Below are positions 18,062 through 27,638 of a stretch of 37,644 bases of DNA, piece after piece. This DNA comes from Pseudomonadota bacterium (GTDB taxonomy: Bacteria > Pseudomonadota > Gammaproteobacteria > Burkholderiales > SG8-39). Each line of letters starts with the position of its first letter. The stretch's first letter is position 1. The position numbers and the translations under genes were made by a program. The notes under the pieces are model-generated. The model saw only the letters and a list, made by a program, of their open reading frames with translations. It was not told where the DNA came from and searched no databases. The stretch is taken from contig JANNWA010000627.1 of NCBI GenBank assembly GCA_031408275.1, forward strand, positions 1-37,644, written 5' to 3'.

Positions 18062-19057
18062 ATGAGCCTGCCAGCAAAGATGCGCGCCGTCGAAATATCC
18101 CAACCCGGCGGACCGGAAGTCCTCAGGCCGGTGGAACGCCAGCTGCCCCAGCCCAAGCCGCACGAGATCCTGATCAAAGTGGCGGCCGCCGGCGTCAACC
18201 GGCCCGACATCCTGCAGCGGATGGGCTTGTATGCGGTCCCGCCCGACGCGTCGGACCTGCCGGGCCTTGAGGTCGCGGGCACCGTCGCGGCCATCGGCGG
18301 CAGCGTGACGATGTGGAAGGTCGGCGACCAAGTGTGCGCGCTGACGCACGGCGGCGGCTACGCCGAATACTGCGTGACGCCCGAGGTGCAGGCCCTGCCC
18401 GTGCCCAAGGGGGTGTCGCTTACCGAGGCGGGGTCGCTGCCCGAGACTTTCTTTACCGTGTACAGCAACGTCTTCGATCGCGGCGGCCTCAAGGCGGGTG
18501 AAACGCTGCTCGTGCAGGGCGGCTCCTCCGGAATCGGCGTCACCGCGATCCAGATGGCGGCCGCCATGGGCAACCGCGTGTTCGCCACCGCCGGCAGCGA
18601 CGAAAAGTGTGCCGCCTGCGTAAAACTCGGGGCTGAGAAAGCTTTCAACTACAAGACCGGGGACTGGGCGGAAGGGCTGAAGGCCGCGACCGGCGGCAAG
18701 GGCGTGAACGTCATCCTGGACATGGTCGGCGGCGGCTATGTGCCCAACGAACTCAAAAGCCTCGCCGACGAGGGGCGCCTGGTGATGATCGCTTTCCTCG
18801 GCGGCATGAAGACGGAAGTCGACCTGAGCGTGGTCATGAGCAAGCGCCTGCAGATCACCGGTTCGACGCTGCGTCCGCGCACGGTGGAATTCAAAGGACA
18901 GGTGGCGAAATCGCTGCGCGAGCGCGTCTGGCCCCTGATCGAGGCCGGCCGGATCAAGCCCGTGCTCTACAAGACTTTCCCGCTCGCCGAGGCCGCGCAA
19001 GCCCACAAGCTGATGGAAACCTCGCAGCACATCGGGAAGATCGTCCTGACCGTCTAG
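18062..19057 (+). CDS. NAD(P)H:quinone oxidoreductase (MDR superfamily, PIG3-like)
   Basis: 331 aa. AAGVNRPDILQRMGLY, PGLEVAG, nucleotide motif VQGGSSGIG, and C-terminus GKIVLTV. Confidence 0.85.
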   Translation: MSLPAKMRAVEISQPGGPEVLRPVERQLPQPKPHEILIKVAAAGVNRPDILQRMGLYAVPPDASDLPGLEVAGTVAAIGGSVTMWKVGDQVCALTHGGGYAEYCVTPEVQALPVPKGVSLTEAGSLPETFFTVYSNVFDRGGLKAGETLLVQGGSSGIGVTAIQMAAAMGNRVFATAGSDEKCAACVKLGAEKAFNYKTGDWAEGLKAATGGKGVNVILDMVGGGYVPNELKSLADEGRLVMIAFLGGMKTEVDLSVVMSKRLQITGSTLRPRTVEFKGQVAKSLRERVWPLIEAGRIKPVLYKTFPLAEAAQAHKLMETSQHIGKIVLTV

Positions 19058-19093
19058 AATAAGCGCTTTCACTGATTTGGTCAGGGGACGCGC

Positions 19094-19969
19094 ATGTTCA
19101 AGGAAGGCCTGCTCAAGGACAAACGAATCCTCGTCACCGGAGGAGGCACGGGCCTCGGCCGGGAAATCGCCGCGCAGTACCTGTCGCTCGGCGCCGAGGT
19201 CTGGATCGCCGGGCGCCGCGGCCCCACGCTGAACGCGACCGCGAAGGAACTGATGGCGGCGCACGGCGGCACGGTCCGCACCCATTCGGTCGACATCCGC
19301 GACGCGCAGGCCGTCGACGCGATGATCGAGCACATCTGGACCGAGGCGGGACCGCTGACCGGGCTAGTGAACAACGCGGCGGGCAACTTCATCAGCCCCA
19401 CCAAGGACCTCACGGTCAACGGTTTCAACGCGATCGCCAACATCGTGTTTCACGGCAGCTTTTATGTGACCCACGCGGTCGGCAAGCGCTGGATCGCCGG
19501 CGGGCACAAGGGTTCGGTGATTTCGATCCTAGTGACCTGGGTATGGACCGGCTCACCGTATGTGGTCCCCTCGGCGATGTCCAAGGCCGGGCTGCACGTC
19601 ATGACGAAGTCGCTGGCGGTCGAATGGGGCCGTTATGGGATAAGGCTCAATGCGATCGCGCCGGGCGCCTTCCCCACCGAAGGGGCGTCCAAGCGCCTGC
19701 GCCCGGACGGCAAGTTCGAGGACGGCAACGACAAGAACCCGATGCGCCGCATCGGCCTGATGCCCGAGCTGCAGAACCTGGCGGCTTTCCTGATGGCCGA
19801 CGGGTGCGAATGGCTCACCGGCGAGACCATCGCGATCGACGGCGGGGGGTATCTCGCCAACGGCGGCTCGTTCACCGAACTGGACAAGCTGACCGACGCC
19901 GACTGGGACCGCATGCGCGCGCTGATCAAGACGCAAAACGAGAAGGACCGCTCGGGCCGCACGGCCTGA
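19094..19969 (+). CDS. SDR family, 2,4-dienoyl-CoA reductase (DECR/DECR2)-like
   Basis: 291 aa. VTGGGTGLG, NNAAGNF, and SAMSKAG in place of the classical YxxxK, as in DECR-type enzymes. Confidence 0.8.
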   Translation: MFKEGLLKDKRILVTGGGTGLGREIAAQYLSLGAEVWIAGRRGPTLNATAKELMAAHGGTVRTHSVDIRDAQAVDAMIEHIWTEAGPLTGLVNNAAGNFISPTKDLTVNGFNAIANIVFHGSFYVTHAVGKRWIAGGHKGSVISILVTWVWTGSPYVVPSAMSKAGLHVMTKSLAVEWGRYGIRLNAIAPGAFPTEGASKRLRPDGKFEDGNDKNPMRRIGLMPELQNLAAFLMADGCEWLTGETIAIDGGGYLANGGSFTELDKLTDADWDRMRALIKTQNEKDRSGRTA

Positions 19970-19986
19970 GCCCCGGAGGAATCCAG

Positions 19987-21630
19987 ATGGCACAGATCGT
20001 CCCGCGCCCCGCGGCCACGCTGATCCTGCTGCGCGACGGCGACACAGGACCGGAAATATTCATGCTCAAGCGCAGCCCTTCGGCCGCGTTCGTCGCGAAC
20101 GCCTATGTGTTTCCGGGTGGCGGGCTCGACGCGGCGGACCACAAGGCGCTCGATCGCGTGACCGGTCTGACCGAAGCCGAAGCAAACCGCCGACTCGGGG
20201 TGGACGCGGGCGGTCTTGCCTACTGGGTGGCCGCCGTGCGCGAATGCTTCGAGGAGGCCGGCATCCTCATAGCGATGGAGGAGTCGGGCGCGCCGCTCGA
20301 CCCGGAGCGCGCGGACGCGCTTGCGGTCCATCGCGCCGCAGTCAACGCGGGCACGCTCGCCTTCGGCGAGTTGCTCGAGCGCGAAAAGCTCGCCATCCCC
20401 GCCGAGAATATCGCCTACTTCAGCCACTGGATCACCGCCCCGGGGCGGCCGCGCCGGTTTTCGGCGCGCTTCTTCGTCGCCCGCGCCCCGCACGGCCAGC
20501 ACGGCTCGCACGATGACGGCGAGACGGTGGCGAGCGAATGGGTGCGCCCGCACCTTGCCCTTGAGCGTTGCGCGAAAGGCGAAATCGAACTCGTGCATCC
20601 CACGCGCATTTCGCTGACCGAGCTCGCGGCGTTCGAGCGTGCGCAGTCGGCTTTCGAGTTCGCCAGCAACCGCGTGGACATCGAGGCCGACGCCTCGTGC
20701 TGGGCCGCAGGCAAGGACGGCAGGAAACTCTTCCGGCGCAACGACCCGCCCTACGCCGAGATCCACTGGAGCGACCCGGAGGAAGCGGGTGACACGAGCT
20801 ACGACCTCGTCCCGGGCGTGGCCAAGCGCCTCGACCGCTTGGTCACGCGCATCATCGCGCCCAATCCGGGCATGATGACGGGCCCCGGCACCAACAGTTA
20901 CCTCGTCGGCGGCGACGAACTGGTGCTGGTCGACCCCGGCCCCGCCATCGACAGCCATATCGAAGCGCTGCTCGCGGCCGGCGCGGGGCGCATCAAGTGG
21001 GTGGTCTGCACGCACACGCACATGGACCACTCGCCCGCGGCAAAGCGCATCAAGGATGCGACCGGGGCGACGGTGATGGGCATGCCCGCGCCGCGCGGCG
21101 GCAGCCAGGACCAGGCGTTCGCGCCAGACCGCGTGCCCGGGCACGGCGAACGCATCGCGTGCGGCCCGCTTACGCTGCGCGTGATCCATACGCCGGGCCA
21201 CGCATCCAACCACCTGTGCTACCTGCTCGAGGAAACCCGCATGCTGTTCACGGGCGACCACGTGATGCAGGGTTCGACGGTCGTCATCAACCCGCCCGAC
21301 GGCGACATGCGCGCCTATTTCGCCTCGCTCGAGATGCTGCTCGCCGAGGACCTCGCCATCCTCGCCCCGGGCCACGGCTACCTGATCGGCCGGCCGCACC
21401 GCGAAGTAAGGCGCCTGATCGCCCATCGCCTTGCCCGCGAGGAAAAAGTCGTCGCCGCATTGCGCAAGCTCGGCAGCGCAAAACTCGACGCGCTGGTCGC
21501 GGAGGTGTACGCCGATGTCCCGCCGAAACTCCACCCCGTCGCGGCGCGTTCCCTAACGGCGCATCTCGACAAACTGCGGGCCGAGGGCCGCGCGCTGCAA
21601 CAGTCGGACGCGTGGAGCCTTGCGGCCTGA
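19987..21630 (+). CDS. Fusion protein: NUDT19-like Nudix domain + MBL-fold metallo-hydrolase (LACTB2-like) domain
   Basis: The internal ATG at 19987 gives 547 aa. The N-terminal half has AATLILLRDG...EIFMLKRS....F..NAYVFPGGGLD and RECFEEAGI (a split Nudix box). The C-terminal half has HxHxDH as CTHTHMDH, then HTPGHASNH and APGHG. Confidence 0.75.
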   Translation: MAQIVPRPAATLILLRDGDTGPEIFMLKRSPSAAFVANAYVFPGGGLDAADHKALDRVTGLTEAEANRRLGVDAGGLAYWVAAVRECFEEAGILIAMEESGAPLDPERADALAVHRAAVNAGTLAFGELLEREKLAIPAENIAYFSHWITAPGRPRRFSARFFVARAPHGQHGSHDDGETVASEWVRPHLALERCAKGEIELVHPTRISLTELAAFERAQSAFEFASNRVDIEADASCWAAGKDGRKLFRRNDPPYAEIHWSDPEEAGDTSYDLVPGVAKRLDRLVTRIIAPNPGMMTGPGTNSYLVGGDELVLVDPGPAIDSHIEALLAAGAGRIKWVVCTHTHMDHSPAAKRIKDATGATVMGMPAPRGGSQDQAFAPDRVPGHGERIACGPLTLRVIHTPGHASNHLCYLLEETRMLFTGDHVMQGSTVVINPPDGDMRAYFASLEMLLAEDLAILAPGHGYLIGRPHREVRRLIAHRLAREEKVVAALRKLGSAKLDALVAEVYADVPPKLHPVAARSLTAHLDKLRAEGRALQQSDAWSLAA

Positions 21631-21738
21631 TGGTGCAACGGCAGATCGGATGGAAGTATCCCGCCCGGGTGCTAAGATTCGGCCGGAGCCATTCCCGCCC
21701 GACACAATCCACGGCCAAGCAACGTCCAAGGAGCCCGC

Positions 21739-21999
21739 ATGGATAGCGACAAGACCCTGAAGATCGTTACGAACCTCGACCGCAACGCCATCGAGGCCAA
21801 GCTCGGCGAAGTGCGCATGCTCGCGCAGGCCAAGAGCCTCCCGGAGCTCGCCGCGCTGTTCAACGGGGTCCAGGGCATGCCGCGCGCGCAGCTCGAGCAG
21901 CGCGTGACCAACGCGCTCAAGTGGCTGGCCGACAAGCCGCAGCACAACGACATCACGGCGCAGCTCGAGATGGTCGAACTCAACCTCAAGAACATCTAG
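21739..21999 (+). CDS. Hypothetical small helical protein
   Basis: 86 aa. Strong SD AAGGAG lies 5 nt upstream. GC3-rich codons. Sits 28 nt upstream of gor. I recognise no family. Confidence 0.5.
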   Translation: MDSDKTLKIVTNLDRNAIEAKLGEVRMLAQAKSLPELAALFNGVQGMPRAQLEQRVTNALKWLADKPQHNDITAQLEMVELNLKNI

Positions 22000-22027
22000 C
22001 AAGCACGGCTCGCAGGTCCAGGCGCCA

Positions 22028-23386
22028 GTGTCCCGCTTCGATTTCGACCTGTTCACCATCGGCGCCGGATCCGGAGGCGTGCGCGCGAGCCGCTTCTGCG
22101 CCAACTACGGCGCAAAGGTGGCGATCGCAGAAGAGCGCTACTTCGGCGGCACCTGCGTCAACGTGGGATGCATCCCCAAGAAGCTTTTCTCGTACGCCGC
22201 GCACTATCGCGAGGACTTCCACGACGCCGCCGGGTTCGGCTGGACCGTGCCGGAACCCTCCTTCGACTGGCCGACCCTCGTCGCCAACAAGGACAAGGAG
22301 ATCGCGCGGCTCAACGGCGTGTACGAGCGCGTGCTGGCGGGCGCCGGCGTCACCATCCTCAAGCACCGCGCGACGATCGTCGATCCGCACCACGTCGAGT
22401 GCGGTGGCAGGTCCTGGTCGGCAAAGCACATCCTCGTCGCCACAGGTTCATGGCCCACGGTGCCGCACATCCCCGGACACGAGCTCGCGATCACCTCCAA
22501 CGAGGCATTCTTCCTCCCGCAGCTGCCGGAATCGGTCATCGTGGTCGGCGGCGGCTACATAGCGGTGGAGTTCGCTTCGATCTTCAATGGCCTGGGCGTG
22601 CGAACGACGCTCGTCTATCGCGGCAAGCGCCTCCTGCGCGGCTTCGACGCCGAACTCGGCCTGCGGCTGGCCGAGGAAATGACGAAGAAAGGCGTCACGA
22701 TCCGCCTCGAAAGCGACATCGCCACCCTCGAAAAGACCGCTGGCGTAGCGATCGCGGCGACCTTCAGGGACGGCACGCGGAGCGAGGCCGGCGCCGTGAT
22801 GTACGCCACCGGCCGCAAGCCCAACACGCGCAACCTCGGCCTCGAAGCGGCGGGGGTCAACCTCGCCACCGACGGCGCGGTCCAGGTCGACAGGCATTAC
22901 AAGAGCTCGGTCGGGTCGATCCACGCCATCGGCGACGTCACCAACCGCGTGAACCTCACGCCGGTGGCGACCGCGGAAGGCATGGCGCTGGCGAAGACGC
23001 TGTTTCGCAACGAACCGACCGCCCTGGACTACGACAACATCCCGACCGCGATCTTCGCGATCCCCAACGTGGCGACGGTGGGCTTGTCCGAGGAAGCGGC
23101 CAGGGAGCGCGGCCTCGCGGTGGATATCTACAAGACCGGCTTTCGCGCGCTGCGGCACACGCTCTCCGGCAACGAGGAAAAGACCTTCATGAAGCTCGTC
23201 GTGGATACGGCAAGCCAGAAAGTCCTCGGCGCCCACATGATGGGCCCGGACGCGGGCGAGATCATCCAGGGGATCGCCATCGCCCTCAAATGCGGCGCCA
23301 CCAAGGCGCAATTCGATTCGACCATCGGCGTCCATCCGACGGCGGCAGAGGAGTTCGTGACCATGCGCGAGAAAACCACACCATGA
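22028..23386 (+). CDS. gor: Glutathione-disulfide reductase
   Basis: 452 aa, GTG start. FAD motif GAGSGGVRASR, redox-active disulfide GGTCVNVGCIPKK, NAD(P) motif VVGGGYIAVEFA, and C-terminus HPTAAEEFVTM. Confidence 0.9.
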   Translation: MSRFDFDLFTIGAGSGGVRASRFCANYGAKVAIAEERYFGGTCVNVGCIPKKLFSYAAHYREDFHDAAGFGWTVPEPSFDWPTLVANKDKEIARLNGVYERVLAGAGVTILKHRATIVDPHHVECGGRSWSAKHILVATGSWPTVPHIPGHELAITSNEAFFLPQLPESVIVVGGGYIAVEFASIFNGLGVRTTLVYRGKRLLRGFDAELGLRLAEEMTKKGVTIRLESDIATLEKTAGVAIAATFRDGTRSEAGAVMYATGRKPNTRNLGLEAAGVNLATDGAVQVDRHYKSSVGSIHAIGDVTNRVNLTPVATAEGMALAKTLFRNEPTALDYDNIPTAIFAIPNVATVGLSEEAARERGLAVDIYKTGFRALRHTLSGNEEKTFMKLVVDTASQKVLGAHMMGPDAGEIIQGIAIALKCGATKAQFDSTIGVHPTAAEEFVTMREKTTP

Positions 23387-24924
23387 ACGGCGCCGAAAGC
23401 CTCGCCCGCACCCTCCTCGCCTCCGGCGTCGAGGTGTGCTTCGCCAACCCCGGCACCTCGGAGATGCATTTCGTCGCGGCGCTCGATCGCGTGCCGGGAC
23501 TGCGCTGCGTGCTGGGCCTCGCCGAGACCGTGGTCACGGGCTGCGCGGACGGCTATGGGCGCATGACCGGCAAGCCCGCGGCCACCCTGCTGCATTGCGG
23601 ACCGGGCCTGGCCAACGGCATCGCGAACCTGCACAACGCAAAGCGCGCGAACTCGCCCATCGTGAACGTGGTGGGAGACCAGGCGACCTATCACCGGCCT
23701 TACGACGCCCCGCTCACCGCGGACACCGAAGGCCTCGCGCGCGCGGTATCGCACTGGGTGCGCACCTGCGCCACGGCCGACGAAGTGCCGGCCGCGGGCG
23801 CTGCCGCCGTGCAGGCCGCGCGCACCTCGCCGGGCCAGATCGCCACCCTCATCCTGCCGGCGGACACTGCATGGAACGAAAGCACCGGGCCGGCCGCCGC
23901 GCTTGCCGTGCCCGCCCGTCCCGGCGTTGCGCCCGATACGCTCGCCACGGTTGCACGCGCGCTGCGCACCGGCGCGCCCGCAATGCTGGTGCTGGCCGGT
24001 GCCGCACTTTCCGAGGCGGGCCTGCGCGCGGCGCATCGCATCTCGGTCAAGACCGGCGCGAAGCTGCGGGTTCCCACCCAGATCTCGCGCATGGCCCGCG
24101 GCCGCGGACGGCCGCAGATCGACCGGATCCCGTACGCCGTGGACCGCGCGCTCGAAGTGCTCGGCGGGCTCGCGCACCTCGTTCTCGTGGGCGCGAAGCC
24201 GCCGGTGGGTTTCTTTGCCTATCCGGGAAAGCCGAGCGAACTCTGGCCGCGCGACTGCACCGTGCACATGTTCGCGCGCCCCGAGGAAGACGCCGTCGCC
24301 GCGCTCGAAGCCCTGGCCGACGAACTCGGCGCACCCAGGGACACGCCGATCCCCGAAGCACCCCGGGCAACGGTTGCGAGCGGCCCGTTTTCGCCGGATG
24401 CCTTCGCAAGCACGATCGCCGCGCTCATCCCGGAGAACGCCATCGTCGCCGAGGATGCAGTGACCTCCGGGCGCCAGCTGTTCGCACCGACCTTCGCCGC
24501 CGCACCCAATGACTGGATCCAGATCACCGGCGGCGCGATCGGCTGCGGCCTGCCGCTCGCAACCGGCGCCGCGTTTGCCTGCCCGGACAGGAAGACCGTG
24601 TGCCTGCAGTCCGACGGCGGCGGAATGTACACGGTGCAGGCGCTGTGGACCCAGGCCCGCGAGAAGCTCAACGTGGTGAACGTGATCTTCGCCAACCGCA
24701 GCTACCGCATCCTGATGGGCGAACTGACCGCGGTCGGCGCCACGCCGGGCAAGAGCGCGCGCCAGCTGTTCGACCTTGGCCCGCCCGACCTCGACTGGGT
24801 CAAGCTGGCCGGCGGCATGGGCATGGAAGCCGTGCGAGTGGACACGCTGACCGCGTTCGCGGACGTGTTCCGGGCGGCCTGCGCGCGGCCCGGCCCGTTC
24901 CTGATCGAACTGGTCGTGCCGTAG
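23383..24924 (+). CDS. Thiamine-diphosphate-dependent enzyme (acetolactate synthase large-subunit-like)
   Basis: The ATG at 23383 overlaps the gor stop (ATGA). 513 aa. N-terminal Pyr domain ESLARTLLASGVEVCFANPGTSEMHF and C-terminal PP-domain motif GGAIGCGLP...SDGGGMY...N. Confidence 0.8.
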   Translation: MNGAESLARTLLASGVEVCFANPGTSEMHFVAALDRVPGLRCVLGLAETVVTGCADGYGRMTGKPAATLLHCGPGLANGIANLHNAKRANSPIVNVVGDQATYHRPYDAPLTADTEGLARAVSHWVRTCATADEVPAAGAAAVQAARTSPGQIATLILPADTAWNESTGPAAALAVPARPGVAPDTLATVARALRTGAPAMLVLAGAALSEAGLRAAHRISVKTGAKLRVPTQISRMARGRGRPQIDRIPYAVDRALEVLGGLAHLVLVGAKPPVGFFAYPGKPSELWPRDCTVHMFARPEEDAVAALEALADELGAPRDTPIPEAPRATVASGPFSPDAFASTIAALIPENAIVAEDAVTSGRQLFAPTFAAAPNDWIQITGGAIGCGLPLATGAAFACPDRKTVCLQSDGGGMYTVQALWTQAREKLNVVNVIFANRSYRILMGELTAVGATPGKSARQLFDLGPPDLDWVKLAGGMGMEAVRVDTLTAFADVFRAACARPGPFLIELVVP

Positions 24925-25049
24925 GAACGCACCCCGGCCACGGCTGTTTTTACCTGATAAAGTTTGACTTTTATTTTAAAGATCGGCCACAGAAGCCGTT
25001 CTGCAGCCAGTATCGTTACTGGTTTTGAAAAAACGTCGGAGGAGAAATC

Positions 25050-26006
25050 ATGCTGAGGAATGCAATCGCCGGGGCGCTGCTCGCCATCGCTTCGCTCGCC
25101 GCGCAGGCCCAGGGCTACCCGTCCCAGACCGTCAGGATCATCGTCGGGTTCCCGCCCGGCGGGACGACGGACGTGATCGGCCGGCTGGTGGCGCAGGAAC
25201 TCACCGAGTCGCTCGGCAGGGCGGTCGTCGTCGAGAATCGCGCCGGGGCCAGCGGCACCATCGGCGCCGGCATCGCCTCGAAGGCGACGCCCGACGGGCA
25301 TACGCTGGTCCTGGTCCCGAGCACGCACGGCACGGCGCCCGCGCTGTACGCGTCCCTGCCGTACGAAGACAAGGACCTCGTGCCGGCCGCCTTGATAGCG
25401 ACCACGCCCTATGTCCTCGTGGTGCACCCGTCCATGGCGGCGACGAACATGGCGCAACTGCTTGCGTACCTCAAGCAGAACCCCGGCAAGGTCGAATACG
25501 CGTCCTCCAGCCCCGGCACAGCGCAGCACCTGTCAGGAGAACTCCTGCAGCGCATGGCGGGCGTGAGCATCGTCCACATCCCCTACAAGGGCTCGGGCGC
25601 ACTGATGCCCGACCTGCTCTCCGGCCGCGTGCCGATGATGTTCGAGAACATCGCGATCATGACGCCCCACATCAAGAAGGGCGCGCTGCGCCCGATCGCC
25701 GTATCGAGCGTGAAGCGCACGCCCCTGTTGCCGGACGTGCCCACCGTTGCCGAAACAGGCCTCGCGGGCTTCGAAGTGCTGGGCTGGTTTGCGCTGATGG
25801 CCCCGGCCAGGACGCCGCCCGAAATCATCCGGCGGCTCAATGCCGACGTGAACGCGTCGATCGTGCGGCCCGCGATCGTCACGCGCTTCGCGGAACTCGG
25901 CGCCGAACCCCTGGGCGGCTCGCCCGACCAGGCGGCCGCGTTCATCCGAGCCGAGCAGGACAAGTGGGGCAAGATCATCCGCGACGCGGGTATCAAGCAG
26001 CAGTAA
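25050..26006 (+). CDS. Bug family / TctC substrate-binding protein (second copy)
   Basis: 318 aa. Signal peptide, then YPSQTVRIIVGFPPGGTTD and PYKGSGALMPDLLSG. SD GGAGGAG lies upstream. Confidence 0.85.
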   Translation: MLRNAIAGALLAIASLAAQAQGYPSQTVRIIVGFPPGGTTDVIGRLVAQELTESLGRAVVVENRAGASGTIGAGIASKATPDGHTLVLVPSTHGTAPALYASLPYEDKDLVPAALIATTPYVLVVHPSMAATNMAQLLAYLKQNPGKVEYASSSPGTAQHLSGELLQRMAGVSIVHIPYKGSGALMPDLLSGRVPMMFENIAIMTPHIKKGALRPIAVSSVKRTPLLPDVPTVAETGLAGFEVLGWFALMAPARTPPEIIRRLNADVNASIVRPAIVTRFAELGAEPLGGSPDQAAAFIRAEQDKWGKIIRDAGIKQQ

Positions 26007-26016
26007 GGCGCGATGC

Positions 26017-26763
26017 TCAGGCCGCCAGCGCGCGCACGATCAGGGAGATGCCGCTGGCCGCCAGCATGAGGCCGATCGCGCGGATCAGCGTGTCGCGCGA
26101 GAAGCGCGCAAATGCTTTCGACGCGACCCACAGACCCGCGAAGGACGCAGGCAAAGCGGCCAGCGCATACAGCCAAGGCGTGGCCGACTGCAGAGGGCCC
26201 GCAATGAAGAAGGCGACTACACGCAGGGAAATGCTGAACATCGTGCAGACGCCCAGCGTCGAGCGGTACTGCTCCTTGCTGAGCGGCCGGCGCGACAGGT
26301 AGATCGCGTACGGCGGGCCGCCGGCACCGAACAGGGTGCTCGTGACGCCCCCGGCCAGCCCGGCCACTGGCGCCCATGCCCGGCCTATGGTCCCCACTGC
26401 GCCGGCGCGAACGATGTTGGAGATCGCGATCGAAAGGACGAAAACGCCGAGCGCCGCCATCGATACGGCACGCGGCAGGTTCACCAGGATCGTCATCCCC
26501 ACAACCGTGCCAAGGACGACTCCCGGGAGGATCCGCTTCCACTCCGGCCCCTGCGCGCTCTTCGGGTCGTGCATCCCGATGCGCCAGGCGCTGGTGCAGT
26601 CGAGCACCGAAAACATCGCCAGCGCGAACGGCAGCGGGACCAGGTGCGCGGCGAGCGGGATCGTGAGCAGGGCGGAACCAAAGCCCGTCACCCCGAAGAT
26701 GAAAGCGCCGCCGAACGCGATCGCCGCAAGCGCGGCCAGCGTGGCGTAATCGGCGGCGGTCAA
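26017..26763 (-). CDS. TauE/SafE (DUF81) family sulfite/anion exporter-like membrane protein
   Basis: The proposed TTG start at 26763 overlaps the upstream stop (TTGA) and gives about 248 aa with 7-8 TM segments and the Gly-rich motifs GVTGFGSALL and LFGAGGPP. The ORF-track upstream extension overlaps the SpeE-like gene in another frame. Confidence 0.7.
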   Translation of the reverse strand: MTAADYATLAALAAIAFGGAFIFGVTGFGSALLTIPLAAHLVPLPFALAMFSVLDCTSAWRIGMHDPKSAQGPEWKRILPGVVLGTVVGMTILVNLPRAVSMAALGVFVLSIAISNIVRAGAVGTIGRAWAPVAGLAGGVTSTLFGAGGPPYAIYLSRRPLSKEQYRSTLGVCTMFSISLRVVAFFIAGPLQSATPWLYALAALPASFAGLWVASKAFARFSRDTLIRAIGLMLAASGISLIVRALAA

Positions 26764-27545
26764 TCCGGTTCCGGCGAGAGCAGGAGCGCCGCCCGCGTCC
26801 AGCGGTTCATCTTGCGCAGGCCCGGGACGCACCGCTCGAAGGGCAGCCCGAGCTTTTGCTCGAGCTTCGCGGCGCAGCGCCGCATCTCGTCCCAGGTAAT
26901 CGCCTCCGGCGCGCCCTTGAGCGCGAACACGATCACGTTGCCGTCCTCGCGCGCCTCGAGGCACACGACACACCCGGAGAATGCCGCCTCGATCCGCTGC
27001 AGGTACCGGTCGAAGCGCCGGTCGTGCCCGAAGAAATTGACCACGAGCACGCCGGGCGCGCGCAACGCGCGGTGGGCCGCGGCATAGAACTCCTCGCTGA
27101 CCAGGTCCGGCACCTGCGCGCCGTCGTCGAACCCGTCGACAAACAGCAGGTCGCAGGACGCGTCGGCCGCATGCACGGCCTTCGCGCCGTCCCCGAGTTC
27201 GATGCGCAGCCTCGCACAGTCGTCCGGAACGTTGAACAGCGACCGCGCCGCGGTGATGACCGCCGGGTTGAGTTCCACTACGCGCGTGCGCACACCCGGC
27301 ATGCGGCGATAGATGAACTTCGGGATCGACCCGCCCCCCAGTCCCACCATCAGGCATTCCCGCGGCCGGGGATGGAAGAGGAGGAACGCCATCATGGTCC
27401 TGGTGTAATCGAGCTCGAGGTCGTCGGGGGCGTCGATGCGCATCGCGCTCTGTATGTGCTCCCCGCCCAGGTGGAGGGACCGCACCCCGTCCTCTTCGCT
27501 CACCACCACTTCGGATTGGGGTTGCGCGCGCCGGCCCCGCTTCAT
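26760..27545 (-). CDS. Spermidine synthase-like SAM-dependent transferase
   Basis: 261 aa. Motifs MVGLGGGS, VELNP.V, LFVDGFD and the following EFY resemble spermidine-synthase-fold proteins. Confidence 0.65.
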   Translation of the reverse strand: MKRGRRAQPQSEVVVSEEDGVRSLHLGGEHIQSAMRIDAPDDLELDYTRTMMAFLLFHPRPRECLMVGLGGGSIPKFIYRRMPGVRTRVVELNPAVITAARSLFNVPDDCARLRIELGDGAKAVHAADASCDLLFVDGFDDGAQVPDLVSEEFYAAAHRALRAPGVLVVNFFGHDRRFDRYLQRIEAAFSGCVVCLEAREDGNVIVFALKGAPEAITWDEMRRCAAKLEQKLGLPFERCVPGLRKMNRWTRAALLLSPEPD

Positions 27546-27638
27546 CGGGCGCGCTGCCTGGCGGAATTCTCTCTCATGGCGCCAGTATAGCGGCGGGGCG
27601 CGGCCATCCGGCGGACCGGCGCGAACCGGCTGCGCCCA

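Noticed and set aside
17264-19333. 689-aa minus-strand ORF
   Set aside because: It is antisense to the well-supported dehydratase, quinone oxidoreductase and DECR-like genes. Low-complexity Arg/Gly/Asp composition.
19633-21534. 633-aa minus-strand ORF
   Set aside because: It is antisense to the Nudix-MBL fusion gene. No recognisable motifs; a high-GC artefact.
22168-23382. N-terminal 405 codons of the 918-aa ORF that contains the TPP enzyme
   Set aside because: This part overlaps gor in a different frame and is Arg-rich. The ThDP-enzyme N-terminus begins at the ATG at 23383, which is ATGA-coupled to gor.
24925-25049. AT-rich intergenic stretch downstream of the TPP enzyme, considered as an sRNA or terminator
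   Set aside because: Only a weak CCG-gcca-CGG stem precedes CTGTTTTT, and there is no convincing structure. It is more simply the promoter/UP region of the second Bug gene.
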